This document shows, one piece after another, positions 46,946 to 60,225 of a stretch of 64,000 bases of DNA. The translations under genes and the position numbers were made by a program. The notes under the pieces were generated by a model, which worked only from the letters and a program-made list of their open reading frames with translations, searched no databases and was not told where the DNA came from. Numbering within the stretch: position 1 is the first letter of the stretch; every line of letters begins with the position of its first letter. The stretch is from contig NC_086097.1 of assembly GCF_963921235.1 (NCBI RefSeq), positions 106,642,001 through 106,706,000 of the forward strand, written 5' to 3'. This stretch comes from Mobula hypostoma. Lineage: Eukaryota.

Positions 46946-47704
46946 TAGACTATCTGACTTCCTTCTTCTGGCAACCAACACTGTTGTTAACAACCCCCTG
47001 TGTTCATGTTAGAAGGTGGCACAACCAACAGAATCAAACACTTCTCACCAATCCAGCCATCGCCTGAACATATGGCTCTCTGTCCCCCATCCAGTTGGGG
47101 GTTTTGTTTGAGCAAGGAATGTCAGGAGATCTCAAATGGAAATGATCCAGACTCCACCAAGATTTTCAGTTGGAGGCATTTGGGATGTAGAGTGAGTGAG
47201 TTTGAAGGAACGAAAATGCAGCTTTTTTATTATTTCCTGAATTCTTCTTAATATTAACATTTTCTTCAAAATATGACATTCACCCAGGGGTCTATGTGTA
47301 ACAGGATTAAGCAAGGACAACAAAAATAAGCTCCCTTCCCCTCAATCAAGTATCCAACGGTCTGTTGCAAGATGGAGACTCTCTAAACCAGGAACCATAT
47401 CTAGCAAGAAAAGGAGGCGGCATGTTAGCAATGATTGTGGATCCTTTTCCCTTCAGACCTCTTCTGACCTGCTGATGTTATTTTGCACCTAAGCACTATG
47501 ACTAGTCATAATTCTTTCCTTTTTGTACTGATGACCTCCAGTCTACTCATATATGGCTGGTGGCGATGCGCTGAGAGTGGTCAACTATACTGCAAGCCTA
47601 ACAATAAATGAAAATGAATAAATAGAATCAACAATAAATAGGAAATGTGATAATAAACATCAACTCCTTAAAAAAAGGAAAATGAACCCATTGTTTCCAG
47701 TGGA

Positions 47705-47912
47705 GTCACAAGATACAGCAGTTGCTGGAATCTGGAGCAAAAAAAAAACACTGCAGGATGAGCTAACTAGGTCAGGCAGCATCTGCACATTTAGGACAGT
47801 CAACATTTTTGGTTGAAACCTTTACAGGATGCAGAAATGTCAAATAACCTTTAGCCTCCACAGATGCTGCCTGATTTGCTGAGCTCCTCCAGCAGTTTAT
47901 CTTTGGTTCCAG
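47705..47912. repeat. Degenerate palindromic Penelope pLTR remnant
   Basis: ggtcaggcagcatctg ... cagatgctgcctgattt inverted arms. Confidence 0.55.
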
Positions 47913-48248
47913 TTACATCATGTTGTATTCTTCAAATGTTCATAACACAAGACACTTCACAAGGCAGAGACAATAACTATCATGGCAGATGTAAATGAAG
48001 ATCAAATTTCTTAAATAAAAGCATTTTGCTTCCAAAGAACTTCAAAGGAAGGAGATAGTGTTGCACAAAATGATTTCAGCTTTGTTATATTCAGTGGGCA
48101 CTTCAAATACAGCTTTGGTTTGGTGATGGGCTGCTTTGTTGCCAGAAAATGGAGAAAAGTCAGAATAGGAAAGCCAGTGCTTTTGTTTATCCAATCTTCT
48201 GTCAGTTAAATAGAGATAAAATTGGATGGGGTGACTAGATGAGTAGAA

Positions 48249-48326
48249 CAAGAGTTCCCAACCTTTTTGGTGCTATGGACCAATACTATTAAGCAAGGGA
48301 TCTGTGGACCCCAGGTTAAAAACCTG
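48249..48326. mobile_element. Second copy of the hAT mini-MITE, in opposite orientation
   Basis: Internal tatggaccaatactattaagcaagggatctgtg is the reverse complement of 37035-37066; TSD not preserved. Confidence 0.65.
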
Positions 48327-48511
48327 ACTTACAGGATCTAAAATTGACAAAATGTATTCGATAGTCTCCATACAATGTGAGCCCATTTCACTTTGGATGC
48401 ATACCTTCAAAGCCAAGTGTGGGCAGGGGATCATACAAGGTAATGCAGAGGGCTGTACTGTTCCGGACAGATGATCAGCGGAGTTAGTAAGACAGACGGC
48501 AGGTTGAGTCA

Positions 48512-48958
48512 GTGAGATGGAAGGTAAATGCACTGTTAGCATTCATTTCGAGAGGGCTAGAATGCAGGAGCAAGGATGTAATGCTTAGGCTTTATAAGGC
48601 ATTAGTCAGACCACATTTGGAATATAATGAGCAGCTTTGGGCTCCTTATCAAAGAAAAGATGCGCTGGTATTGGAAATGGTCCAGAGGACATTCATGAGA
48701 ATGATTCCAAAAATGAAAGTGTTAATATATCAGGAACATTTGATGGCTCTGGGCCTGTACTCACTGGAGTTTTGAAGAATGAAGGGGATCTCACTGAAAC
48801 CTCTCGAATATTGTAAGGTCTACTTAGAGTGGATGTGGAGAGGATGTTTCCCATAGTGGAGGAGTCTGGAACCAGAGGGCACAGCCTCATAATTGAGAGC
48901 CATCCATTTAGAAAAACGATGAGGAAAAATTTCTTTAGACAGATGGTGTTGAATCTGG
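48512..48958 (+). mobile_element. CR1 C-terminal fragment
   Basis: LAFISRG..LYKALVRPHLEY motifs. Confidence 0.85.
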
Positions 48959-51172
48959 GGAAAACAGAAATAAATCTAAGATAGTGAGCAGTAAAGACGT
49001 CAGGAAAGACAGGCAGGTGATAACGCAAATTTCTAGCCATTGGGATGAGTTGCAGAGCAATAAAGTTGCAGTGCAATCAAAGCGAAAAGTACCAAACACT
49101 GGCCTTAAGCTGTTATACTTAAATGCACGAGCATAAGGAATAAGGTGGATGATCTTGTCGTACAACTACAGATTGGCAGGTATGATATTGTGGCCATCAC
49201 TGAGATGTGGTTAAAGGATGCATGTCTCAGGGAGCTGAACGTCCAAGGATACACGATGTATTGGAAGGATAGGAAGGTAGGCAGAGGGGGTGGCATAGCT
49301 TTATTGGTAAGAAATGATATCAAATCATTAGAAAGAGGTGACATAGGATCGGAAGGTGCAGAATCTTTATGGGTTGAGCTAAGAAATTGCAGGGGTAAAA
49401 GAACCCTGATGGCAGTTATATACAGGCCTCCAAACAGCTGCAGTGATGTGGACTACAAATTACAACAGGAAATACAAAAGGCTTGTCAGGGCAGTGTTAT
49501 GATAATTGTGGGGGATTTTAACATGTGAGTGGATTGGGAAAATCAGGTCAGCACTGGACCTCAAGAGAGAGAATTTGTAGAATGTCTGCGAGATGGCTTT
49601 TTAGAACAGCTTGTTGTTGAGCCCACTAGGGGACCGGCTGTACTGGATTGGGTATTGTGTAATGAACCGGAGGTGATTAGAGAGATTGAGGTGAAGGAAC
49701 CCCTAGGAGACAGTGATCATACATGATTGAGTTCACTGTGAAATTTGAAAAAGAGAAGCTGAAATCCGATGTGTCGGTATTTCAGTGGAGTAAAGGAAAT
49801 TATAGTCGCATGAGAGAGGAACTGGCCAACGTTGACTGGAAAGGGACACTGGCGGGAAGGACGACAGAGCAGCAGTGGATGGGGATTATGCGAGAAGTGA
49901 GGAAGGTGCAAGACGGGTATATTCCAAAAAAGAAGAAATTTTCAAATGGAAAAAGGATGCAACTGTGGCTGACAAGAGAAGTCAAGGCCAAACTTAAAGC
50001 AAAGGAGAGGGCATACAAGGAAGCAAAAATTAGTGGGAAGACAGAGGATTGGGAAGTTTTTAAAAGCTTACAAAAGGAAACTAAGAAGGTTATTAAGAGG
50101 GAAAAGATGAACTATGAAGGGAGGTTAGCAAATAATATCAAAGAGGATACTAAAAGCTTTTTCAAGTATATAAAGAGTAAAAGACAGGTGAGAGTAAATA
50201 TAGGACTGATAGAAAATGATGCTGGAGAAATTGTAATGGGAGATAAGGAGATGGCAGAGGAACTGAACGAGTATTTTGCATCAGTCTTCACTGAGGAAGA
50301 CATCAGCGGTATACCAGACACTCAAGGGTGGCAGGGAAGAGAAGTGTGCGCAGTCACAATTACGACAGAGAAAGTACTCAGGAAGCTGAACGGTCTAAAG
50401 GTAGATAAATCTCCCGGACCAGATGGAATGCACCCTCGTGTTCTGAAGGAAGTAGCTGTGGAGATTACGGAGGCATTAGCCATGATCTTTCAGAAGTCGA
50501 TATATTCTGGCATGGTTCCAGAGGACTGGAAGATTGAAAATGTCACTCCGCTATTTAAGAAGGGGGCAAGGAAGCAAAAAGGAAATTATAGACCTGTTAG
50601 CTTGACATCGGTGGTTGGGAAGTTGTTGGAGTCGATTGTCAAGGATGAGGTTATGGAGTACCTGGAGGCATATAACAAGACAGGCAGAACTCAGCATGGT
50701 TTCCTTAAAGGAAAATCCTGCCTGACAAACCTATTACAATTTTTTGAGGAAATTACAAGTAGGTTAGACAAGGGTGATGCAGTGGATGTTGTATATTTGG
50801 ATTTTCAGAAGGCCTTTGACAAGGTGCCACACATGATGCTACTTAACAAGATAAGAGCCCATGGAATTACGGGAAAGCTATATACGTGGATAGGGCGTTG
50901 GCTGATTGGCAGGAAACAGAGAGTGGGAATAAAGGGATCCTATTCTGGTTGGCTGCCGGTTACCAGTGGTGTTCCACAGGGGTCCATGTTGGGGACGCTT
51001 CTTTTTACATTGCACATCAGCGATTTGGATTATGGAATAGATGGCTTTGTGGCTGAGTTTGCTGATGATACAAAGATAGGTGGAGGGGCCGGTAGTGCTG
51101 AGGAAACAGAGAGTCTGCAGAGAGACTTGGATAGATTGGAAGAATGGGTAAAGAAGTGGCAAATGAAATACA
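48959..51172 (+). mobile_element. CR1 ORF2 (endonuclease and RT), fairly young, 3' end missing
   Basis: ORFs 49145-49528, 49529-49726 and 49723-51195 (490 aa): GDFN, SDH, KSPGPDG, DFQKAFDKV, GVPQGS, FADD. Confidence 0.93.
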
Positions 51173-52310
51173 ACACACATCAAAGTTGCTGGTGAACGCA
51201 GCAGGCCAGGCATCATCTCTAGGAAGAGGTACAGTTGACGTTTCGGGCCGAGACCCTTCGTCAGGACTAAATGAAAGAAGAGCTAGTAAGAGATTTGAAA
51301 GTGGGAGGGGGAGGGGGAGATCCAAAATGATAGGAGAAGACAGGAGGGGGAGGGATGGAGCCAAGAGCTGGACAGTTGATTGGCAAAAGGGATAGGAGGG
51401 GATCATGGGACAGGAGGCTCAGGGAGAAAGAAAAGGGAGGGGGGGAGAAACCCAGAGGATGGTCAAGGGGTATAGTGAGAGGGACAGAGGGAGAGCAAGG
51501 AGAGAGAGAGAAAGAATGTGAGTATATAAATAAATAATGGATGGGGTGCGAGGGGGAGGTGGAGTATTAGCGGAAGTTTGAGAAGTCAATGTTCATGCCA
51601 TCAGGTTGGAGGCTACCCAGACACAATATAAGGTGTTGTTCCTCCAACCTGAGTGTGGCTTCATCTTTACAGTAGAGGAGGCCGTGGATAGACATATCAG
51701 AATGGGAATGGGACATGGAATTAAAATGTGTGGTCACTGCGAGATCCTACGTTCTCTGGCGGACAGAGCATAGGGGTTCAGCGAAACGATCTCCCAGTCT
51801 GCATCGGGTCTTGTCAATATATAAAAGGCCACATCGGGAGCACCGGATGCAGTATATCACCCCAGCCGACTCACAGGTGAAATGTCGCCTCACTTGGAAG
51901 GACTGTCTGGGGCCCTGAATGGTGGTAAGGGAGGAAGTATAGCGGGAGGATGGAGTGAGAGCAAACTTGCGTGAAATGAGGGAGATGTGTTTGAGAGCAG
52001 AGTTGATGGTGGAGGAAGGGAAGCCCCTTTCTTTAAAAAAGGACATCTCCCTCATCCTGGAATGAAAAGCCTCATCGTGAGAGCAGATGCGGCGGAGACG
52101 GAGGAATTGCGAGAAGGGGATGGCATTTTTGCAGGAGACAGGGTGAGAAGAGGAATAGTCCAGATAGCTGTGAGAGTCAGTAGGCTTATAGTAGACATCA
52201 ATAGATAAACTGTCTCCAGAGATAGAGACAGAAAGATCTAGAAAGGGGAGGGAGGTGTCAGAAATGGACCAGGTAAACCTGAGGGCAGGATGAAAGCTGG
52301 AGGCAAAGTA
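51171..52310 (-). mobile_element. Second Penelope-like element, 5'-truncated with an internal deletion
   Basis: High similarity to 18680-20075; lacks the segment between PSS and YTSSL; GIY-YIG partly mutated; hammerhead motif at about 51232-51268. Confidence 0.92.
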
Positions 52311-52312
52311 AC

Positions 52313-54430
52313 TTTGCATTGTGATCACTGGATCCGAAGTGCTCCCCAACACAAACCTCCGTCACCTGACCTATCTCATTCCCTAACAGGAGATCCAACA
52401 CTGCCCCTTCTCTAGTTGGTAACTCTATGTATTGCTGCAAAAAACTATCCGGCACACATTTTACAAACTCCAAACCATCCAGCCCTTTTACAGTGTGGGC
52501 TTCCCAGTCTGTGTGTGGAAAATGAACATCTCCCACAATCACAACCTTGTGCTCACTACAAATATCTGCTATTTCCTTACAAATTTGCTCTTCCAATTCT
52601 CACTCCCCATTTGGTGGTCTATAATACACCCCCATAAGAGTTACTACATCTTTCCCATTCCTTAATTCCACCCAAATAGCTTCCCTAGAGGAGCCCTCTG
52701 ATCTATCCTGCCAGAGCACCGCTGTAATATTTTCTCTGACAAGCAATGCAACACCTCCCCCTCTTGTCCCTCCGATTCTATCACACCTGAAGCAATTAAA
52801 TCCAGGAACATTTAGTTGCCAATCACACCCCTCCTGTAACCATGTTTCACTAATAGCTACCTCATCATACTTCCAGGTATCAATCCATGCTTTAAGCTCC
52901 TCCACCTTTCTTATAATGCTCCTAGCATTAAAATAAATGCATTTAAGAAGTTTTCCACCTCTTACTCTCTGTTTATCACTAACGGTACAAACCACTTTAC
53001 TATTTTCTTTTTCTTCCTTCTTCCCTACATCTGTTCCTACACTCTAGTTCCCCTCCCACCTCGTATCTAGTTTAAATCCACCGGAGCCTCTCTAGCAAAT
53101 CTACCTGCAAGAATATTTGTCCCCCTCCAGTTTAGTTGTAGACCGTCCTGCCAGAACAGGCCCCACCTTCGCTGGAAAACTGCCCAATTATCTATAAATC
53201 TGAAGCCCTCCCTCCTGCACCATGTCTTCAGCCACGTGTTGATCTGCTCAATCTTACTATTTTTAAACCCGCCTGCACATGGAACCGGTAGCAATCCTGA
53301 GATTGCTATCCTGGAGGTCCTGTTCTTTAACTTGGCTCCTAACTCCATAAACTCTCCTTTCAGGACCTTCTCACTCTTCCTACCCACGTCATTGGTCCCT
53401 ACATGGACCACGACATCTGGCTGCTCACTCTCCCACTTGAGAATACCAAGGACTCGATCCGAGATATCGCGGACCTTGGCACCAGGGAGGCAACAGACCA
53501 TCTGGGATTCTCAATCTCTTCCACAGAACCTTTTATCTGTCCCCTTAACTATTGAATCCCCAATCACTACTGCTCTCCTCTTTTCCTTCCTTCCCTTCTG
53601 AGTTGAGGGTCCCATCTCAGTGCCAGAGACGCAACCACTGCAACTTGTCCCTGGTAGGTCGCCCCATCAACAGTATCCAAAATGTTGTACTTATTACTGG
53701 TGGGAACGGCCACAGGGGTGCTATGCTCATTCTGTATATTCCCCTTCCCTCTCCTGACAGTCACCTGTCTCCGGACCCTTAGGGGTGATTATCTCCCTGT
53801 AACTCCTCTCTATTTCTGTCTCTGCCTCCCGAATGATCCGAAGTTCATCCATCTCCAGTTTCAGTTCCCTTACTCGGTTTGTCAGTAGCTGCAGCTGGAT
53901 GCACCTTTCGCAGGTGTAGTTATCAGGGACAATTGTGCTCACCCTGACTTCCCACATCCTGCAAACGGAGCACTCAACTGCCTCTATTACCTACTCTTAA
54001 GGTAATTAGATTTATTAAAGGAACTTACCCGGCCTTACCACACTTAGAGTGAACCTCTTCCTCAGCCTCTGCTCGCCGAAGCCTCAGAAGCCAAAGCCTT
54101 CCTACTCTGTCCCCCTCTACTCCATCACCCGCTCCGTTAATCTGCTCTCCTTTAAATACTCCCGCTGCCTCACGGGCCGACTTACACGCGCTGGCGCAGT
54201 CGTGCCCCGTTCAACTGCCGAAGAAAATGACCGACTTCCATAAACTGCTCTCTTTTAAATACTCCCGCTGCCTCATGGTCCAACTTACACGCGCTTGCGC
54301 AGTCGTGCCCCATTCAACTGCTGAAGAAAATGACCGACTTCCACAAAATGCTCTCTTTTAAATACTCCCGCTGCCTCATGGTCCGACTTACACACGCTTG
54401 CGCAGTCGCGCCCCATTCAACTGCCGAAGA
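52313..54430 (-). mobile_element. 5' half of a CR1: repeat-containing 5' UTR, ORF1 (Zn-finger, coiled coil, SGNH esterase) and ORF2 endonuclease
   Basis: MWE..YTCERCIQL..RVRELK; MVCCLPGAKV..VHVGTND..DGLQLN; KCIYFNARSI..SETWL..YRPP..SSDHN. Confidence 0.92.
54142..54430. repeat. Tandem repeat, 103-bp unit, about 2.8 copies, at the CR1 5' end
   Basis: Units start at 54142, 54245 and 54348. Confidence 0.92.
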
Positions 54431-54444
54431 AGAAAAAAAATGAT

Positions 54445-55625
54445 ATCAAAGAGAGGTAGATTATCTTGCAGCACGGTGTGTTCATAACAATTTGGAGCTT
54501 AATGCTATCAAGACAATGGAAATGAGAAGTGACTTCCACGGACAACCCCCTATCTGGCACCCTTGGAAATTAATGGTCAGGCTGTGGTCAAGTCATTTGA
54601 ATTCCTGAGGACTACCATTACCAAAACATTGAAGTGGGATAAGCATGTTACATCCACCTCTAGGAATGCCCAGCAAAGATTGTCTTTCCTACACCAGCAT
54701 AGGAAACTTAACATCTTAGGGTGTATCTTGATGATAGTTTACTCAGCCATCATTGAGAGTGTTGTGACTACTTCTATCACCTGCCACCTCCCCCTTCTCC
54801 AAGTCCAGATTGCAGCAAGTGGTCCACTCAGTGAAGAACATCTTTGGCTGTCAGCCACCAACATTAAAAGACCTGTTCATCACCGGAGTGAAGAAAAGAG
54901 TTGGAAAAATTACTGCTGACTCCACCTATCCTAGCAGTCACTTATTCACCATATTGGGGATCAGGGATATGCTACAAGTCCACTACCACCAGGACTACAT
55001 TTCATCTCCAAAGCTTCTTTCCTGTAGCTATCCAGCTTCCCAACAAAACTGACTCAGGTGTAATAATACCCTAATTGTCCCTGCACAACATCTGTTCTCC
55101 TTGTTCTATTGATAATTATTTAGTCTGTTCATATATTCACATTTAAGTTTGATTATTGCACTAATTGTTGATTGCTTTTGGCTGTATACACTATTATCTT
55201 GTAAATTGTTGGTTGCTACTGTGTTGTCTGTTATGGTAATGTCCTGTGTTTTATGCTTGGCATCAAATCACAATCAATTCTGGTCTGGTATGTTTTTATA
55301 GGCATCCGTTAGTTTCATGAGACCATGGATTTGCACCTTGGAAGGTTTCCAAGATTGTATGGAAGACTGGCAGTTGCCCATGCTGCAAGTCTCCCTTCTC
55401 CATGCCACCGATGTTGTCCAAGGAAAGGGCATTAGGACCCATACAGCTTGGCACCAGTGTCGTCGCAGAGCAATGCCTTGCTCAAGGATACAACACACTG
55501 CCTCAGCCAAGGCTCGAACTAGCAGCCTTCAAATCACTAGGCAAACGCCTTAACCACTTGGCCACGTGCCAACACACTGGTCTGGTATGTTTTACATACT
55601 GGCAATAAAGTGATTCTGATTTGGA
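54445..55625 (+). mobile_element. Old Rex1-type LINE 3' part with a SINE inserted in its 3' UTR
   Basis: NNLELNAIKTMEM, AQQRLSFL, YSAIIESV motifs; tail caataaagtgattctgatt. Confidence 0.7.
55297..55576 (-). mobile_element. tRNA-derived SINE with 17-bp TSD
   Basis: A box TGGCCAAGTGG, B-box-like AGTTCGAGCC; ctggtctggtatgtttt at 55280-55296 and 55577-55593. Confidence 0.85.
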
Positions 55626-55714
55626 CTACCATAGCGCAGAGTGGAAAACTGCAATATATGTGGAAATGTCGGCTGATGTGCTGCAACACTGTGGGGTAAT
55701 TTAATAGATGGAAA

Positions 55715-58700
55715 TGTACAGAATTCACAGCCACCAGCATTGAATTGGGGTTCACTTTAAGAGGCTGGTCTGATGTAAAGTACTTTTACCACACCTTGTG
55801 TTCAGTGTTTGGAGTACAATAAATGAGTTGCTACAATTTTTCTTCATCATAAAATGCCTCCACTGTTTTTATTTGTGAATATTGACATTGGTGACCCTAA
55901 TGCTCTAGGACAAATCCAGAGTTATTGAATGTGACGGCCAACACAGTCACTTTGAAACTGACGGAGCTTTGGGAGCAAAATGTCATTGCTTGGTTTGTAC
56001 ATGCTAAGGCTCAATTACGCTGCGAGAAATCTCCACCAACACCAAATATTTCGATGTGGTAGCATCTCTCAGCAACTCTGTCGCTGCAAGAGTGGTGAGT
56101 CTACTAGGACACCCATCTGAGCACAACACTGATCACTAAAAACTCACCCTTTTGGACTATCAGAATTGGAGAATACCAGACATTTGCTCCCCTTGCCCAG
56201 CTTCGCCGATACCAAGCCATCGGAGCTAATGGACTCTCCTGAATCTCCTGGGAAATCACCATCCTTGTTTTATTTTTAAAGAACTCTTCATGCAGCAAAT
56301 GCCTGATCAAGTTCACATTGCCCTCACCAAGGCAGCCATGAAGGACAATAGGGAGCTTGCTAAAATGGTTGATAGTCTGCATTCAGCCAGCCAGCAGCGC
56401 ATCATTCTTCCTCCTTTCTCTACCTCAATAAGCACGGTCAGCAAGGACCCCAACATAAGGATCAGCCATGATCATAATAAATGGTGGTGCGGGCTCGAAG
56501 GGCCGAATGGCCTACTCCTGCACCTATTTTCTATGTTTCTATGACACACAGGCCTGCGAATCCGCCAACACTGAGCCTGTCTTTTTGCCACACTTCCTTG
56601 GTACGAATGCTTGGAAGTGCCAACCACCTTGCAGCTTCAACTGTGCCAGCGCATCGAGACAAGAGAGGTCCGTGAACACCATATGTTTCAGCTGCCAGGG
56701 CCGTCTACTGTTCATTATGTACACCCTCAGGGCAATGCTTCCTGTATGACACAGGTGCTCAAGTGACCGTGCTGCCAGCTTCGCCTATTGATGAGAAGGC
56801 AAAGAGCGATGAAACCTCACCAGAGGCCACTAACCACAGCAAAATCCAGACTTATGGGACACAACAGATGACACACCACTTCACTGGACAACATTACACA
56901 TGGGATTTCATCCTGCCTAAAGTGGCTAGACCTCTGCTCAGTGCAGATTTCCTGTGTGCTCAAGGACTATTGGTCAATCGTAAGAATAGGCTGACTTGTG
57001 TATGTCAACAACTTTTGGGTCGTTACCCTGCTCTCCCAGTAAGTTCTCCACAACGTCTCTGTCAAGTGCATGCACTACCACACACAAGTTTACTCAACTG
57101 CTGAGTGAATTCCCAGACCTCACCAAGCCCTTATTTGTCACTAGCCACAAAACATGGGATCGAGCACTATATTTCTACAACTGGCGCGCCAGCCCATGCC
57201 CGCAAGGGTAGACTGGACCCAGAAAAGCTGACAACCATGAAGGCTGAGTTTGCCAACATGGAAAGACTTGGCCTTGTACACCTGTCGAAGAGTCTCTGGG
57301 CTTCACCCCTCCATATGGTCCCTAAATCCGATGGTGGTTGCTGTCCATGTGGTGATCACCGACGTCTTAACGAGGCCAACACCTCCCATCATTACCCGGT
57401 CCCACACATCCAGCTCTTTACAACACACATAGCCAAAAAGTTCATCTTTTCAAAAGTAGATCTAGTTAGAGGCTACCATCAAGTGCCCATGTGCTGGGAG
57501 GACATTCTCAAAATGGCTGTGATAACCCCGTTTGGGTTCTTTCATTTTCTACGCATGCTGCTTAGGCTGAAAAATGCAGCAGAGATTTTCCAATGGCTGA
57601 TGGACTCTGTATTAAAATATTTATATTTTCTTTTAGTTTACCTGGATGACATACTTGTTGCCTTTGCATCCAAATCCGAGGATGTATCTCAGCTCCGCAC
57701 ACTTTTTGAGCACTTAAGGCAACACGGGTTGATTACTAACCCTGCTAAGTGACAGTTTGGATTGTCAACCATTAACTTTCTCGGCCTTTGCATCTCCACA
57801 ATAGGTGCAAAACCTCTCCCATCAAAAGTAGCCAATATTGTGGATTTCTCATCACCTTACACTACTAATAAACTACAGGAGTTCTGCAGTATGGTGAATT
57901 TCTATCACCGCTTCATTCCGCAAGCTGCTGAACTTCTGCTTTCCCTATATAGTGCGTTTAAAGGCAATACCGCTAATCACATGCTCAGCTGGTCAGTGGA
58001 CATGACCAGGGCATTTGATGACACCAAATGAGCTCTTTCCAATGCAACCCTGCTGGCACAACACTCTCCAAAGCACCTGTAGCTATTACTACTTGTAGTC
58101 AGTGCTGTGCACAAACAGTGGTTGGAGGCATGTGGCAGCCGCTCACGTTCTTCAGTCAGCAGCTCTGAAAGAAAGTACAGCACATTTGACCATGAGCTTC
58201 TTGGTCTCTATCTGGCTGTCCAATATTTTAGTTTCCTTCTAGAGGGTTGCCAATTCACAGTGTGTGTTGACCACAAATCCCTCATGCAAATAATGGCCAA
58301 AATATCAGACCCTTGGTCTGCACGGCAACAATGCCAACTGGACTACATATCAGAGTCACAACTGATATACAACGTATCAAGGGGTAAAATAATGCCATGG
58401 CCAATTGCCTCTCATGGCCAGCTATTAAGGTCGTACACAAAGGGGTTGATTGACTTTGCCGGCACAGCAGCTGACCAAGCTACTGACCCAGAGATCCAGG
58501 CTTACTGAACAGCAGTAACAGGCCAGCAGTTGGCTGCCATTAAGTTCGGGGAAGCTGTGGTTTTTCTCCTGTGTGATGTCTCAACCAGCCCCCCTCGCTC
58601 CATACTGCCCACAAACTGGAGGTGGTCTCCATACATGTCCTCCCACATCCGGGCCAAAAGGTCTCACAGAAACTGGTTGTACCAAAGCTTGTGTGGCATG

Positions 58701-59885
58701 TCCTTAGGAAGGACATGCATGATTGGAGTGCTAGTGGGCAAAAATTAACCGTCATATCCATTGGCACCTTTTGAGGTCCCTGAGAGATAGCTTGACAATG
58801 TCAAAATGGACCTTGTTGGTCCTCTTGCCGCCCTCACGCAGCTTCGTGCACCTCTTTACTACTATGTTGGACCGTAGCAGCAGGTGGCCAGAGGTTGTCC
58901 CACCAGCGTCAATGATGGCCACAGACGTGGCTCAAGCAGTCATCAGCACCCGGGTTGCTCGGTTTGGCACCCGCCTGGTATTTCTGCTGAGCTCAGTCCC
59001 CAGTTCGTAGCAGACGTCCGGGCTGTGAAGGCCTGGGACCTCAGCGTATCACCCACAGTCCAATAGCCTATGCAAGTGGTTTCACCGCTCCTTAAAGGCT
59101 GCTCTAAGGGCTTCCCTGACAGATGATTGTTGGCATGATCGTCTCCTGTGGGTCCTGCTGGGGCTCACACCAGCTCCAAAAGAGGACCTGCAGTCGTCCA
59201 TGGCTGAATTAGTATACCGGCAGTCATTATGAGTGTGAGGTGATTTAATTCCTGATGCCACAGCCATCTGGTGGGCCTTCCCCAGTAAATTCAATTCCTT
59301 CTCTCCTATTCCTACCTCCCATCATGGCATACAGCACTCTTGGGTTCCTGTTGACCTACATTCCACCTCGTTTGATTTCATCCACGATGATGCACTCCAA
59401 CATCCACTTAGGCCCCTTTACAATGGCCCATTCTGCATTTTAGAATGAAGAGAAAAGACTTTTATCATAGCTAAGAGGGGTAAACATAAATGTATTTCGG
59501 TAGATCACCTTAAACTGCCCCACCAAGATATGGGGAATTCTGCCACCATGCCCCTGCCATCACGATGTGACCATGAGCATCTCTCGACAAGCCAAAGGCC
59601 TCTGCTATGCTTCCACCCATGGAACATAGGACCCGAGCCGGGCGGCTCATCCGAGCTCCGGACAGGCTCACAATGCCGGTTTTAGTGAATTCTGGGGGGA
59701 CACAATTCATAGCCACTGACATTGAGTGGAGGTTCACTTTAATGGAGTGGAGGCTGGCCTGATGTAATGATGTCAATTACTTTTCCTGCACTTCGTGTTG
59801 AGATTTTTGGAGCACAATAAATGAGTTGCCACGTTTCTTCTTAAACATAAGGCACCTCTGCCATTTCTATTTGTGAAAACCTACA
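55715..59885 (+). mobile_element. Full-length decayed Gypsy LTR retrotransposon, CsRn1/Kabuki-like
   Basis: Short diverged LTRs at about 55715-55887 and 59701-59885; PBS TGGTGACCC at 55889; gag LKLTELW..AWFVHAKAQ; protease YDTGAQ; RT WASPLHMVPK, DLVRGYHQ, YLDD; RNase H ERKYSTFDHELL, DHKSL; integrase RWPE; G-tract before the 3' LTR. Confidence 0.9.
56459..56543 (+). mobile_element. Very short CR1 3'-UTR insertion in the Gypsy gag
   Basis: Near-identical to 15337-15421. Confidence 0.9.
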
Positions 59886-59999
59886 ATACATTGTGAGTTA
59901 CTGATGAAAAAGGGCTGTGAAATTAATGAACAATGTGGGTATGGGATAAAAGTCTAAAGAACTGGAGGGCAGAACATGAAAAAACATCAGATAATGTAC

Positions 60000-60225
60000 T
60001 TCAGTATTACTGAAAGTGTTTCCGTACTCCAGATCATATACCAGCACCCATCACTGCTCTCCAAGAATTGTGGAGATAGAATTACTGAATATATTCAAGG
60101 TGGAAACTAGCAAAAATGTCAATTGCAAAGGAGTTACGAGGTATGGCAGGGAGAGTGGGGAGGTGGTTTGAGGCCAAGATTGGTATAGCAGCCTCAAGGG
60201 TAAATCACCTTTACTCCTGTTCTTG
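60000..60225 (+). mobile_element. Old CR1 3' remnant
   Basis: aatatattcaaggtgga..aaaggagttacgaggtatgg..cctttactcct. Confidence 0.5.

Noticed and set aside
54142..54430. CRISPR-like array
   Set aside because: Units are contiguous 103-bp repeats without unique spacers, there are no cas genes, and the context is eukaryotic
55500..55576. tRNA gene
   Set aside because: It is the head of a TSD-flanked SINE; no complete cloverleaf or terminator is evident
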